DNA of 64,000 bases from Octopus vulgaris (GCA_951406725.2 OX597823.1:104780001-104844000), one strand, 5' to 3'; numbered from the stretch's first letter, positions 1 through 13,407 are shown. Translations and numbers: made by a program. Notes: generated by a model not told the origin, from the letters alone.

Positions 1-712
1 CCAGTAAAAGAATAAAAGAATACTGAATATCAACTCCATAAATTTCACTAGTTTGACAGTGTGACCTGCAAAGGTCATGGTGACTCCCTCATTTCCTTTG
101 ACTAACTTATAAAAAACATAGCCTCACGGATGAGCTATTGAAATACTGGTTCATAAAACCATGAGTTGCTATTTACCATTATCATGAATGCCTTTATGTA
201 GAAGTCTTGAAAGCAGCTGTCATTGTGGAGAAATAGACTTTAAGGAATTCTTCTAACTGCAAAAAAAGCCTTTGATAAAACTCTTCAAACAGAGAAGAAA
301 TGGATTTAATATATAAAAAATGCAAAATAAAAAGAAGAAACACCCACACAAAAACACTTACGAGAAACTGGAATGGGTTAGTTTATAAGAAAAGTACTTT
401 GTTGCTCACACTCGTTGGTTATGTTGCAAATATGCAGATTATTCTAGCAGGAAACATTTTCAAAGGATTTCTGAGAAAAATGCATATGTCAGCATTTTAA
501 GTTTTCCAAAATAAATGTACCAGTCATCATCAGACATGAAATATAACAGTGCCAAGCAATGGCACGGCATATTTCTATGTAAAACCACTTTCCAGAATAT
601 TACAGAATTCGTTTCCAACAAATCTAAGTTGTATGATTACTTATGATATTTTCATCATCTTTTCAAAATCAAGCCAAAGAAAAATGAAAGAAAAATAGAA
701 AAATACTAATCA

Positions 713-956
713 ATATTCTGTTGTGTCTGGAGAGAGTCATTTTGTTTTTGTGCCTTATAATGTAACACACTCACTGGTAAAATTTCCACTTATTTCTTAT
801 TTTTATTTTCCTAAAATTTTCGTTGCATCTTGCAACCTTTTCAATAGTCTTGACTATTGAAAAATAAGAAATAAGTGGAAATTTTACTGGTGAGTGTGTT
901 ACATTATAAGGCACATAGAAAAAAAAAAATGACTCTCCCCTCACACAACAGAATAT
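713..956. repeat. Long inverted repeat (hairpin), probable Penelope-like inverted pseudo-LTR remnant
   Basis: atattctgttgtgt...gtgccttataatgtaacacactcac is mirrored by gtgagtgtgttacattataaggcac...acacaacagaatat. The centre is ttttcaatagtc-tt-gactattgaaaa. Same layout as other hairpin modules in the window. Confidence 0.7.
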
Positions 957-1051
957 GCTTCAACACACAAACTCATATAAAGAATCTTGCAAACCAAATA
1001 CAAAAACGAAACTAATCTATATATTTTGGCTGCAAAAGGAAGGACAGTTTA

Positions 1052-1090
<39 letters not shown>

Positions 1091-1962
1091 ATCTAAATGA
1101 GAAGAAGAAACAGTAAATATGGAACAAGAAAATATATTGAAGAGTATATTGGCAAGGTCATTAATGTTGCAAGAGAGAGTGAGAAAGCTTTCAGCCCTTT
1201 TGTTAGGTTCCTATAATATTGAGAAGTGCGTCAAACAAAGTGTAATGGCATATGCTTAGATCTTCAGATGATCGAGTGATAGATAATTGCAAAGCATACT
1301 GGATAATTAGCTGAAGGGAACACACTTTAGAGTGTCTACACATTACTGATGAAGTAACCCTCTGCAAGGCTTATGCTTTACCCTTCAATGACTCTGTTCC
1401 TAATAGCTGCAAATAAGGGCAATGATAAGGTACAAATCATTGATGTGATTAGTACAAGCATAACTCTAACAGGTCTTTTGTTCTTGTTTTTTTTTTATGT
1501 TGCAGATCATCCTTGATTGTATAGACCAGTAATCAAAGCTGTTCCATCCTTGATCATCCATGATTGTTTCACTTTATTTTTTCTTAGATTTGATATATCT
1601 AGAAAATACATTATCCAATATGTCTTTCATTTTTCAAGATGATAGAACATGATTTAGAAGAGTTTAGCTACTATTTCTAGCAGATCGAGCAACATCTCTG
1701 AACCATTTTTTGCTGATGGGTCCCTTTGATTCATATTATACTCAACTGGACCTCCATAACCATTCATTGCATATATAAAAAAATTCTACTGTGTTTTTTA
1801 TAATTAAATATTATTAGGAATTGTATGACAAAATGAACCCTCTTATCTGAACCCACAAGGAGTCAAATGGACCCTGGTTGAGGACCACTGATCTAGGGAC
1901 TCCCTAGTTAGTCTGTCAATTGATTTATTAGGTTGTAGTCTTTTTATTAGGTTTATTTATTA

Positions 1963-2358
1963 CTAGCAGTATTGCCCGGCATTGCTTGGGTTTGTTTCGA
2001 CCCTTTAGAATTGGAATTTTTGAAAAGTCAAAATTTTGCATTATGTAGCTTGTTATTCTCTTTAAGTGAACATTTTTCTGGTTGAAATACACCGAAAAAT
2101 GGCGACACAGCAGTCAAAAAGTCGAAAAAATAGGGATTTTCATAGAAAAAAAAGCACCTTTTTAATGTAAATAATGTTTGGTGTTAACATGGTCCGATTT
2201 GAATTTGTTCTTCTACAGAAGGAAGAGCAAGCCTTCTTCCATCATACCCTCAATTTTGGTCAACTTGCACTGCAGGGTCTCGGAGGAGATAGTATTAGTT
2301 GAAGGCTACCAAACCTGCCACACACACAGACAACTTCAGCTTTATATATATAGAGAGA
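1963..2358 (-). mobile_element. Non-autonomous Helitron-like element
   Basis: The minus strand begins TC(TCTCTATATATATAAAG) and ends CTAG followed by T, with a subterminal GC hairpin (cccggcattgcttggg). Its termini match the copy at 20297-20667. Confidence 0.75.
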
Positions 2359-2555
2359 TTAGGTTGTAGTCTTTCAAACCTAACACCAAATTACTTTTGG
2401 TATTAGGTAATAACTGACAATAGTCATACTACAGTAAGATATTCTGGGGATGTAATAAGACACAAATAGAGACAAGGCCTAGTCATTAATGTTGCTGGCA
2501 TTATGGGCAAGCTGAATTTTGCTATCCTAACATGTATATCTATTTTTTGTGTGTG

Positions 2556-2845
2556 AAGGTGCATAACTTAGTGGTTAGGATATTCGGCTCATGATCGTAA
2601 GGTCATGAGTTCAATTCCTGGGGATGCAGTGTGTCCTTGAGCAAGACACTTTATTTCACATTGCTCCAGTCCAATCAGATGACAAAAACGAGTTGTAACT
2701 GTGTCATGCTGAATCTCCCTGAGAACTAAGTTAAGGGTACATGTTTCTGTGGAGTGCTCAGCCACTTGCATGTTAATATCATGAGCAGGCTGTTCCATTG
2801 ATCAGAAGAACTGGGACCCAATTAGGGTCCCAGATGGAGTGCCAC
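2556..2845 (+). mobile_element. tRNA-derived SINE (family C)
   Basis: A-box-like ttagtggttagg, B-box gagttcaattcc, then tgtgtccttgagcaagacactt. Homologous along its length to 21176-21490. Confidence 0.8.
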
Positions 2846-3964
2846 TTATTTTGTAAAATTTTCCCTAGGTGTAAAACCTATTAATGTAGGAATAACAACT
2901 TTATTACAGTTTATTAAATATAGAATATAGTATGTATTTTATTTATCATCTTCATGTTTCTCCTTTGATTTTGAAAACTCTGAAATACGTTGAGGGTTTG
3001 CTATGCATGTGACACCTCTTGCTGGCTGTCAGCATAAACTTTCTCTTTCACTTTTATTTTCATTTATATCTTATTTGTTTATATATTTTTATTTCTTTGT
3101 TTATTGAATTGCAGACAATTTGAAAAAAAAAAAAAAAAAATTACATTATTTGTGTCAGCCTCAAATTTCACTATTTTCTCAAACAATTCAGAGATAATTA
3201 TAATTATAAGTCAATCTGTATAAAAGCAGACTTCCAGACGTCAAAACAGTTTGATAAGCACCATGCCTGGAACTCTGGGTCCTTGAATCACTTTTAAATT
3301 TTGCTGATTAAAAACGCTACACACACAGACACACAGACACAGACGTAGACATACAGAGACACAGACACACACATACATGCACACACACATATATGTACGC
3401 ACACATAACAAGCTTCATACAGCTTATGTCTACAAAATGCACTTACTTGGCATTGGTTGAAACGAGGCTGCAGCAGAAAGCACTTGTTCAAGACGCAGTG
3501 CGGAGGGAATGGATCCAAAATCTCATATTTGAAAGTAAACTTCTTAACTACACACCTAATTCAATTTACACACACACACACACATTACATTGTCACATGG
3601 AATTTAACAATTTAACTGTAATACCAACCTGTTATGTATGTATGTATGTATGTATGTATGTATGTATGTATGTATGTATGTGTGTGTGTGTGTGTGTCTG
3701 TATATATATATATATATATATATTGTTGTATTTAGGAATGGTTTTGTTGCCAGTTTAGCCAATAAAAACACATGCACTATATATTTGGTGTTACTTTGCT
3801 TCAGTGTTATTTATTTTTACATTAATCTTAATCTTACTTCGGCCAGAGTTCTTTCGTCACACTTCTGTGACCTCATCAGCGGTCCTTTGCTTTCTCCTTT
3901 CATATTTGTGTGTCTTTCCTTACTAACGATCAGCCATGGCCTATATATATATATATATAGGCAC

Positions 3965-4337
3965 AGGAGTGGCTGTGTGCTAAGAAGCTTTCTTCTCAAC
4001 CATGTGGTTCTGGGTTCAGAACCACATGTAGTAGACACTCGGGCAAGTGTCTTCTACAAAGCATTGTGAGTGGATTTGGTAGACGGAAGCTGAAAGAAGC
4101 CTGTCGTATACATATGTATGTATCTCTATGTGTATGTGTCTGTTTCTCCCCACCCATCACCTCTTGACAACTGGTGTTGGTGTGTTTATGTCCCTGTAAC
4201 TTAGCAGTTCGGCAAAAGAGACTGATAGGCTTAAAGGATAGGTACTGGGGTGGATTCCTTCGACTAAAAATTCAAGGCAGTGCCCCAGCATGGCCACAGT
4301 CTAATGACTGAAACAAGTAAAATACGATAGATAAAAG
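3965..4337 (+). mobile_element. SINE family A (abundant; internal microsatellite; GAAACAAGTAAAA tail)
   Basis: ggctgtgtg...gggttcag...gggcaagtgtcttcta...gtgagtggatttggtagacggaa...[microsatellite]...cagcatggccacagt...gactgaaacaagtaaaa. Many homologous copies in the window. Confidence 0.85.
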
Positions 4338-4367
4338 ATATATATATATATATACACACACACACAT

Positions 4368-4430
<63 letters not shown>

Positions 4431-4480
4431 CACACATATATACGCATATATATACATACATACATGTATACATACATACA

Positions 4481-4512
<32 letters not shown>

Positions 4513-4664
4513 CATACATATATATATATATACACATACATATATATATGGCCTGCTCGCTTAGCCAGCAGGGTGGCCTCATTTGAAGGCTAAAACAATG
4601 CAAAGTGCATTGTGACCAGCGATGTGTAGCGATGTGTAGCAACATCTGATAGCCAACTTTCTCA

Positions 4665-4719
<55 letters not shown>

Positions 4720-5767
4720 TATAAATTATAAATTATTAAAGAACCTTTACAGTTCTTTAATAATTTAATGATCTAGGAACTTTTATATATATATATATAT
4801 GTATTTGTGGGTGTGTGTGTGTATATATATATGTTTTACTGCACACATGTATGTGTGTGAGTGTGTGTGTGTGTGGGCATATGAGGATGAATCAGAAAGT
4901 AATGAAAAGAAATTGCATTAGTTCCTAATTCACCCTTGTCTCTCTCTCTCTCTCTCTACATACACACATATATATATGTATATGTATGTATAGAGAGAGA
5001 GTGAAAGTGAGACAGAGACAATATACTTATGCATATATATCTGTATATATATCTGGATGTTAATACATATGTGTATACACTGCATGTGCACACACACACA
5101 CTCTAAACATATCTGTATATATCTACGCATACACACACACACATATATATATATATATTAAGACAATTAGGTGAAAGTCTCCACTGATAGCTACAACAAC
5201 AGACACAGTTTGCCATAATCACATCGCATCATTTATTACTGTGCAAGCAAACGAGTCCCATTTTGCAGCAAACACAGAATTCACAGAGAAGTCTTGATAT
5301 GTCTTTACATAATTACATCTTTGATATTTAATTACTCTGTTTGATGTCAATTGTTGTACCTTTTTTTTTCATGTTCTCCAGGGAATGGTAGGGGATGGCT
5401 GTTAGAAAATCAAATAGTTTCACGGATTTTGGTAATTTATCTCAAGATTTTTATTTGTCATTCTGTAATTTATATCTATAATGGAAGAGAATAAACGACA
5501 CCTTTTTACCTGACTGGTATCTGGTATCTATTCTGATTGAATTCACTGAGTGGGTGGTGTACATTGTAGATGAAGTTACATTTATTCCAGTAGAGTGGTT
5601 AACACAGCTATAGACTTGCAGGCATAATTGAGTGTATAAGGAATATTAATGGAATGTTCTAGTTAAAACTTCTGCCAATTACAAGCACTACAGACTTGGT
5701 ATCAAATTAATGAAGGAGCTTCTTTGAGGTTATTTCACTGTTTTACCTTATAACAGTCAGATTTTCC

Positions 5768-5997
5768 TCAACCTTTTAGCATTCAGACTACTCTGTTAAA
5801 TATAATTCTTATTTATTCACATTGTTTTGAATTAATCATGTATTATCATAACTCTGAGATTTTGATGATGTCATTGTTTATTTTTAGAAAGATATTTTAG
5901 GGTAGATATGAGACACTGGATCTGGCCGGTTTGGTTTTAGTGTAAAACAGGTAGAATATTTGGGTCAGATATGGCCAGTTTAAATGCTAAAAGATAA
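5768..5997. mobile_element. Possible MITE with short TIRs
   Basis: aaccttttagcattca at the left end and taaatgctaaaagataa at the right end form imperfect terminal inverted repeats. Confidence 0.4.
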
Positions 5998-6421
5998 GGC
6001 CCTAACACACTTTTATTATGAGAAGGCCATAAAATAATAATGTAACCTGGATTGCCCCCAAAAGATAGGGTGGTCGTAGTTAGAAAGACTTTCATCATAA
6101 ATGTTATTCAATAAGAGCTTGTAGTTAAACAACTGCCACATTAATCAACATAGGCTTATGTGAAGAGGTATAAGTCTACTGCTCGGCAGGTGTAAACATT
6201 TCCTTCAAAATGATGCTTGGCCACTGTTGGTCAATGTCGAACATGTATGTGCAAGCAAGGCAAGATTTTTTTTAGGAAAACTAGCTGTTGCTCATGCATG
6301 TAAATCATTCCTCTCCGTGTCATTAATGTTAGTTTAAGGGAAAGGTCACTGACCTGACCTGTTATAACTTGATATCAGTCTCACTGTCAGGATTACAAAG
6401 AACTGGAACAGATACTCAAAG

Positions 6422-6690
6422 ACAATGACCCTCAACATTTTTGGCACTGCAGACTGGTTTCATGCAAGACAATTCTTCTACAGACTGTGTGTATCGCATG
6501 CTTAACAAAACAATAAAATGCAAAATCTATAGTTTAATTATTACATATATAATATATATATAATGCAAAAACACCTTTGCAGACTGTGGTAGTTAGTAAA
6601 ATAGAAATAATTTATTTTTCTCTGTGTGGCCTGGTGTGAAATAATCCATGGCCTGGTAATGGTCTGTAGCTTGGTGGCTGGAGTCTCCTG
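6422..6690. mobile_element. Possible decayed hAT-type MITE
   Basis: Ends resemble cag..ccccaac-type hAT TIRs, and the internal gactggtttcatgcaagacaatt resembles Charlie-like elements as I recall them. Heavily diverged. Confidence 0.3.
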
Positions 6691-7061
6691 TGTGTCTGTG
6701 TCTGCATGTATACACACACACATACACACACATCTTAAAGTATACAGTATTTGTACATAGCATACCAATCAATTACAGCTGATTGTATCAATTAGCTTTG
6801 AACTGGATGCTAAAATACTGCATGCTCTTCAGAGTTTTGCAGATATGAAAAAGAAAATACGGTGAACTTTTTCCCTACCTACCATCGCTGAAGAGCGTGC
6901 ACTATTATTTAACCATGCAGTCATCTAACATCCAATTTCAGTAACCAGTGTGAAACTGATTGGTATGATCAGCTGTAATGAATACTGCATACTTTGAGTA
7001 ATATATCCACTCTATTGACAAATAAATAAGTACATCTTTTCTTTTCCTTTCATACATGAAT

Positions 7062-7580
<519 letters not shown>

Positions 7581-7995
7581 TAGGTAAATAGATAAATAGG
7601 TATTCTTAGTTTCAGCAATTGATTTGATATGAGACAGCTGTGTTGAACCTAAAATGCTAAATATAATTAACACTGTGCTAGAGTTATATTGCTCATTTAA
7701 AATAAACACTCATAACATCGACATTATGCCTACTTTGTTATATTATTAATATATTCTCTTTTTATAACAGTGCGCACACACACACACACACGCGCACAGT
7801 TGAATATTTATTACAGTATTTACTGATTTGTGGCATAGATACAAATGTGTTCAACATTAGTGATAAGCATTATATTTGCCTCAGTACACTCCTGATACTT
7901 TTTATATTAATGTACCATTTCCTTTTCTTTTTTAACTGGTGCAATGTGGTTTCAAGGAATTTGATTTCTATTTCTAGTTGACTGAACAATCCCAT

Positions 7996-8305
7996 GTGGA
8001 GGCACGTGGCCTCATGGTTAGAGCAGCGGACTCACAGTCAAGGGATTGCAGGTTTGAATTTCAGACCGGGCGATGTGTGTGTTTATGAGCGAAACACCTA
8101 AGCTCCACGCAGCTCTGGCAGAAGGTAGCGGAGAACTTCTGCTAACTCTTTCGCCACAACTTTCTCTCACTCTTCCCTCCTGCATCTAGCAGCTCACCTG
8201 CGACAGACCGGCGTCCCATCCAGGTGGGGAACCTGTACGCCAAAGAAACTGGGAAACCGGCCCTATAAGCCAGGCGTGGCTCGAGAAGGAAGAAGGAAGA
8301 AGGAA
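7996..8305 (+). mobile_element. tRNA-derived SINE (family D, V-domain-like)
   Basis: Head tggcctcatggttagagc...ggtttgaatttc, then cctgcgacagaccggcgtcccatccagg, then a (GAAG)-type tail. An inverted homolog lies at 8497-8810. Confidence 0.8.
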
Positions 8306-8362
8306 CTATCTCATAGAAGCTCCCTCATTGGTTCATCTATCATGGTTTTATCATTGGTTTAT

Positions 8363-8900
8363 AAGGCGGCAAACTGACTTTGTCACCAGAGCAATGGATA
8401 GAATGCTTTGTAGCATTTGTTCTGGCACTCTGTCTTTGAGGTTCAAGTCCCAACAATGACAATGATGCCTTTCATCCTTTTGATCTTGATAAATATGTTG
8501 TTGTTTGTTGTTTGTTCCTTCTCGAGCCATGCCTGGCTCATAAGGGCCGGTTTCTTGATTTCTTTGCTGTATAGGTTCCCCACCTGGATTGGATGCCGGT
8601 CCGTCGCAGGTGAGCTGCAAGATGCAGGAGGAAAGAGTGAGAGAAAGTTGTGGTGAAAGAGTCAGCAGAAGTTCACCATTACCTTCTGCAGAGCCACGTG
8701 GAGCTTAGGTGTTTCGCTCATAAACACACACATCACCCGGTCTGAGATTTGAACCCGCAATCCCTCGACCGTGAGTTCGCTGCTCTAACCACTAGGCCAT
8801 GTGCCTCCACTTAATAAATATAGTACCAACAAATTATTGGGAGTTGATTTCTGTCTCCCTCTTGGAATTTTCTCCATGCCAAGACTAAATAAGGAACATT
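8363..8900 (+). mobile_element. Decayed family B SINE interrupted by the family D copy
   Basis: aaggcggcaaactg...ggttcaagtcc...gcctttcatccttt...gataaatat, then resumes at agtaccaac after 8821. Confidence 0.6.
8497..8810 (-). mobile_element. tRNA-derived SINE (family D)
   Basis: Reverse complement of 7996-8305. Flanked by an ataaatat duplication at 8489-8496 and 8814-8821. Confidence 0.85.
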
Positions 8901-9254
8901 CAGATCACAGCACTTCCAATATTTTTACATCCATTTGTGGATTTGTGGGGACTGGCATGTTAAAGAATAGACCTAACGTTTCCTTTGCATGATGTAAAAG
9001 GCCACCTAAAGAGGTCGAGGTAGGATTTGCACTCTGACCTCGGAAAACCCTCTCCAGCAACAACTACCAAAACAAACCCATGGGTAGGAGGGTTGTTGCC
9101 TGAGTGGTGCAAAAGTGTCCTCTGCCAGGAGTAGGGTATCACCAACAAGTGGGGAATGCTGTAATGCACTGTCACAGCACATGACCCCATACTACAACAA
9201 CATTAGGGACCACAATAAAAAAAGATTACTGAATTTCCCTGTGCACATTCTTTT

Positions 9255-9480
9255 ATTCTTTTACTTGTATCAGTCATTGGACTGTGGCTCTGCTGGAGCA
9301 CTGCCTTTAAAGGGCTTTTTTAGTTGAAGTAATTGAGCCCAGGACTTATTCTTTGTAAAGCCTAGTAATCTCAGTCTCTTTTGCCAAACTGCTATGTTAC
9401 AGGGACATAAACACACCAACATCGGTTGTCAAGCAATGGTGGAGGGACAAACACAGACACAAAGACACACACACACATAA
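9255..9480 (-). mobile_element. SINE family A, 3' half
   Basis: Reverse complement of the family A tail (cttttacttgtatcagtcatt...ttttgccaaactgcta...acacaccaacatcggttgtcaagc). Confidence 0.8.
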
Positions 9481-9629
9481 ATACATACATATGTATATAT
9501 GATGTAAACATTCAAACATTGTCACTGTCTTTCCAAATTCTGCTGCAGTTCTCATAGAATTTTTAGTCTTGGTGTAAAAGTTGACCTACTATTTTTCAGT
9601 ATCTGAAAAATTTGACATGTAGGAATAGG

Positions 9630-9782
9630 GGTGGCTGTGTGGTAAGTAGCTTGCTTACGAAAACACATGGTTCCGTGTTCATTTCCACTGTGTGGCACCT
9701 TGGGCAAGTGTCTTCTACTATAGCCTCGGGCTGACCAAAACCTTGTGAGTGGATTTGGTAGCTGGAAACTGAAAGAAGCCCG

Positions 9783-9832
<50 letters not shown>

Positions 9833-10045
9833 GTGTGTGTGTGTTTGCGTGTCTGTGTTTGTCCCCCAACATCGCTTGACAACTGATGCTGGTGTTTTTA
9901 TGTCCCCGTAACTTAGCAGTTTGGCAAAACAGAATGATAGAATAAGTACTAGGCTTACAAAGAATAAGTCCTGGGGTCAATGTGTTTGACTAAAGGTGGT
10001 GCTCCAGCATGGCGGCAGTCAAATGACTGAAACAAGTAAAAGAAC
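9630..10045 (+). mobile_element. SINE family A, full length
   Basis: Complete head, internal (TA)n/(TG)n tract and tail. Confidence 0.9.
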
Positions 10046-10924
10046 GTATGCCCTAAAATACTTCTTTTTCCTTTTTCATCTCAATGTAAATGTTGTTCAT
10101 CCCTGGATGCAAACATGGCTGCATAGTGGAAGAAGTTTGTTTCTTGATCATGGGATTTTGTGTTCAGTCCCACTGCTTGGCATCTATGGAAAGTAAAACT
10201 GGGCTATCCAATAACTTGAGAGAGAATTTGGTGTGTGGAAACTGCAGGAAGCTTATCATATAAGTGTGTGTGTATGATGTTGATATTCCATGCTTGTCCC
10301 TAGTTGAGTGAAGTGGTGCAGATATTGACATTTCTTCATCATCATCATCACCACCACCACTCTAATTTCCCTTTAGATTCCCTTCTCTCTAATTTCCCTT
10401 TAGATTCAGCTATGGAAACAAGAGCATTGGTATATTGGAGTTTACATGGACAGCCAGTCTCAAACCCCACTGTAATGTAATCTTGATTTCAAAATTGTGG
10501 CACCTAAATAAGAGAAATTTCGTTGATTAGTTTCAATATTACACTTGTATACAATATTTTTAGTTAAGCATTTATTGTGAAGTGGGTAGTCAATTTATTT
10601 TTATTGTTGCACAAATTAGTTAACTCGGGAAAAGGAATCTGGCTGGGTACAGAATTAGCACGTTCACTTTTTATTATCAGTAGCGTTGCTATCTGCATTG
10701 GTGACTCCTCCTCATTAATTATACCATTATTACTATTACTTTAGTCAGAAACTCATCAGTGTCAGATAGATTAGGATTGTCACTGTTATTGTTGCTGTTA
10801 TCATTTCTGTTATTCAAACTAAAACTTCCGCAATAACTACCACTTATACTATGATTATTTTCATTGTCAATACTATCCTTATCATTATTATTATTATTGT
10901 TGTTGTAATTACTAATATTACCAT

Positions 10925-11044
10925 TCTTCTTCTTCTTCTTCTTCTTCTTCTTCTTCTTCTTCTTCTTCTTCTTCTTCTTCTTCTTCTTCTTCTTCTTCTC
11001 CTCCTCCTCCTCCTCATCATCATCATTATTAATAATATTAGCAT

Positions 11045-11124
<80 letters not shown>

Positions 11125-11125
11125 T
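10925..11125. repeat. Compound trinucleotide repeat TTC/TCC/TCA/CTA
   Basis: Seen directly. Confidence 0.95.
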
Positions 11126-11635
11126 CACTTTTGTTAAAGTTCCATAAATTTGGAGTGCTAGGGAAATCAACCTTGGTCATAGCAGTTTCACAAGAACCAT
11201 TATAGGCATGGCCAGTAGAGTGAGGTCTACCAGTTTCATGTTTGAAGGAAATGTTTATTAATAGCAGCGATATTTATCTGCTAAATTAGGTGTGGTAGAA
11301 AAAGAATTTTATTAACATTCTTATTAAAGATTTTTCTGCATTTATTAAAAGGAGAGAAATTATGCTCTAATGCTCTAAAAATTTCGTTGCTAGTTGCGCA
11401 ATTACATTTATTGCACAAGGGGGGTTATATCATAATATTTGTTGAATATCATAATTATTTCTATTGTTATTACCCCCACTACCATTACTATTACTATTAT
11501 TAGTGTTTTTATTATTACCACCTTGATTATTTTTATTAGTATTACCATTATTGTTCATATTCTTCCTTTTAATCCTCTTCCCACTCTTGTTATGATGATG
11601 ATGATGATGATGATGATAATAATAAGAATTAAACT

Positions 11636-11730
11636 GTCAATGATGAGGGAAAGGATCAGAAGAAAATTCTATGGCAGAGTAAGGACAGTACTCAAGACAG
11701 AGCTGAATGCAAGAAACAAGATCGAAATAA
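11636..11730 (+). pseudogene. Short internal fragment of an R4/Dong-type LINE ORF
   Basis: Translates MMRERIRRKFYGRVRTVLKTELNARNKI, resembling the post-RT segment of R4/Dong proteins. Short TAA runs lie on both sides. Confidence 0.7.
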
Positions 11731-11814
11731 TAATCAGGAGGAACTTGGAAAGAAATGGAAACAAAATTGGAAAACTAACAACAACAACAACAACAACAAC
11801 AACAATAATTATTA

Positions 11815-12026
11815 TAATAATCCTTTCTACTATAGGCACAAGGCCTGAAATTTTAGGGGTGGGGTGTGTCCAGTCGATTAGATTGACCCCAGTATGCAGC
11901 TGGTACTTAATTTATCGACCTGAAAGGATGAAAGGCAAAGTCGACCTTGGTGGAATTTGAACTCAGAATGTAGCAACAGGTGAAATAACCGCTAAACATT
12001 TCGTCCAGCATGCTAACGATTCTGCC

Positions 12027-12027
<1 letters not shown>
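11815..12027 (-). mobile_element. SINE family B (Nin/Deu-like core), ATT-tail variant
   Basis: Minus strand: tggcagaatcgttagc...gagttcaaattcc...gtcgactttgcctttcatcctttcaggtcgataaattaagtaccag...tttcaggccttgtgcctatagtagaaaggattatt. Confidence 0.85.
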
Positions 12028-12096
<69 letters not shown>

Positions 12097-12127
12097 TAAT
12101 AATAATAATAATCATAATAATAATAAC

Positions 12128-12166
<39 letters not shown>

Positions 12167-12199
12167 GATGATGATGATGATGATAATGATGATAATGAT

Positions 12200-12423
12200 T
12201 GAAACAACGGTTTTTGCAAGCGCTGTGAATCCAGTTAAGATGTGGTACACTGTTTCATCCTGCTCATGACACATTCTGCATTTCGGGCCAGTGCCATCGT
12301 TCATTATTTTGTTGTGATAAGCCCTGGTTGCCAAGCTTTGATCTTGTACTGCTATGATAAAACTTTCGGTTTCAGCCTTCAGTCCTGAGCTCTTCATCCA
12401 TACATGATTGTGTCGTTTTTCTA

Positions 12424-12424
<1 letters not shown>
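12200..12424 (-). pseudogene. Internal fragment of an R4/Dong-type LINE (C-terminal zinc-finger region)
   Basis: WMKSSGLKAETESFIIAVQDQSLATRAY...PKCRMCHEQDETVYHILTG. Bracketed by TAA/ATT repeats. Confidence 0.8.
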
Positions 12425-12484
<60 letters not shown>

Positions 12485-12489
12485 AAGTA

Positions 12490-13075
12490 AATAGAAGAGT
12501 GCCATATCATGTGAAATTGGTTGAACGATATTTCGGCATCTAAGCGTGCCTTCCACAGGTTCAAATATTACATGCCAGTCTACTTCATCTTTAGTGTTAT
12601 TAACATTACTGGTAATTTTGCAAATACCCTTAGGTTTAGCACTGTTAAATCCATTGTCACTGATGGATTCCTTGGATTTAGGTATAGATGTTATCTTTGT
12701 AATCAGCTCCATAAATGGTTGTCTTGTAGTATTGGGAATGTCGCCTGAAGATGTATTCATTAGTTAAAAGATTAGGAATTGTAGTTGTGATTCCACCTTT
12801 ACAATCACATTTATTACACTTCTTGGATGATTAGAATATGATTTATGTAATTTTGATTTCCATGTGGCTTGTCGAAGGGACAGAACATCTCAAGAGTTTA
12901 GATCCAAAGTGATGTTGAGAAAACTTGCCATTTTGAGATTATTTTCAATATACTCAAGCTGAGGTTGCTAAAAGATGTTCTTAACCTTTTCCTGATCCTT
13001 CCAGTGTTAACTTTACTAGTACTATGAATCATAAGTGATGCTTTGTCAAGGTATAACTCTCCCAAGAGATCTGTA
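12490..13075 (-). pseudogene. Decayed Penelope-like reverse transcriptase fragment
   Basis: Manual multi-frame translation gives GELYLDK...RIRKRL..SFSNLSL / IENNLKMASFLNITLDL / PFDKPHGNQNYIN / YSNHPRSVI / NEYIF...YYK..YGADY. This follows the Penelope pattern YRDD...NFLDVTLDL...SNHP. Confidence 0.7.
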
Positions 13076-13122
13076 AAAGTTTTGTGTAAGCAATTAAAGT
13101 AACAGAGTAAATATTTTCTGAC

Positions 13123-13197
<75 letters not shown>

Positions 13198-13407
13198 AAT
13201 ATTAGGGAATAAATCCAAACTTACAGGGAAAAATCAGATTTAGGATTGAATCCAATTTTATAGTAAAATATTATATTATATTAAATTAGAGACAAAACCA
13301 CTATTAGGCAAATCATACAATGAAAAACTTAAGCCAATACATAAGATTATTTAATTTATATTATTTAAATATATAACAAAATTATTAAAAAAATATAATT
13401 AATATAT

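Noticed and set aside
1345-1365. CTGATGA hammerhead core
   Set aside because: No downstream stem II/GAAA/stem III arrangement.
7996-8075. tRNA genes (here and at other A/B-box motifs)
   Set aside because: No proper cloverleaf; all are heads of repeated SINEs.
12898-13075. Host exon after a ttttacag acceptor on the minus strand
   Set aside because: Multi-frame translation is better explained as decayed Penelope RT.
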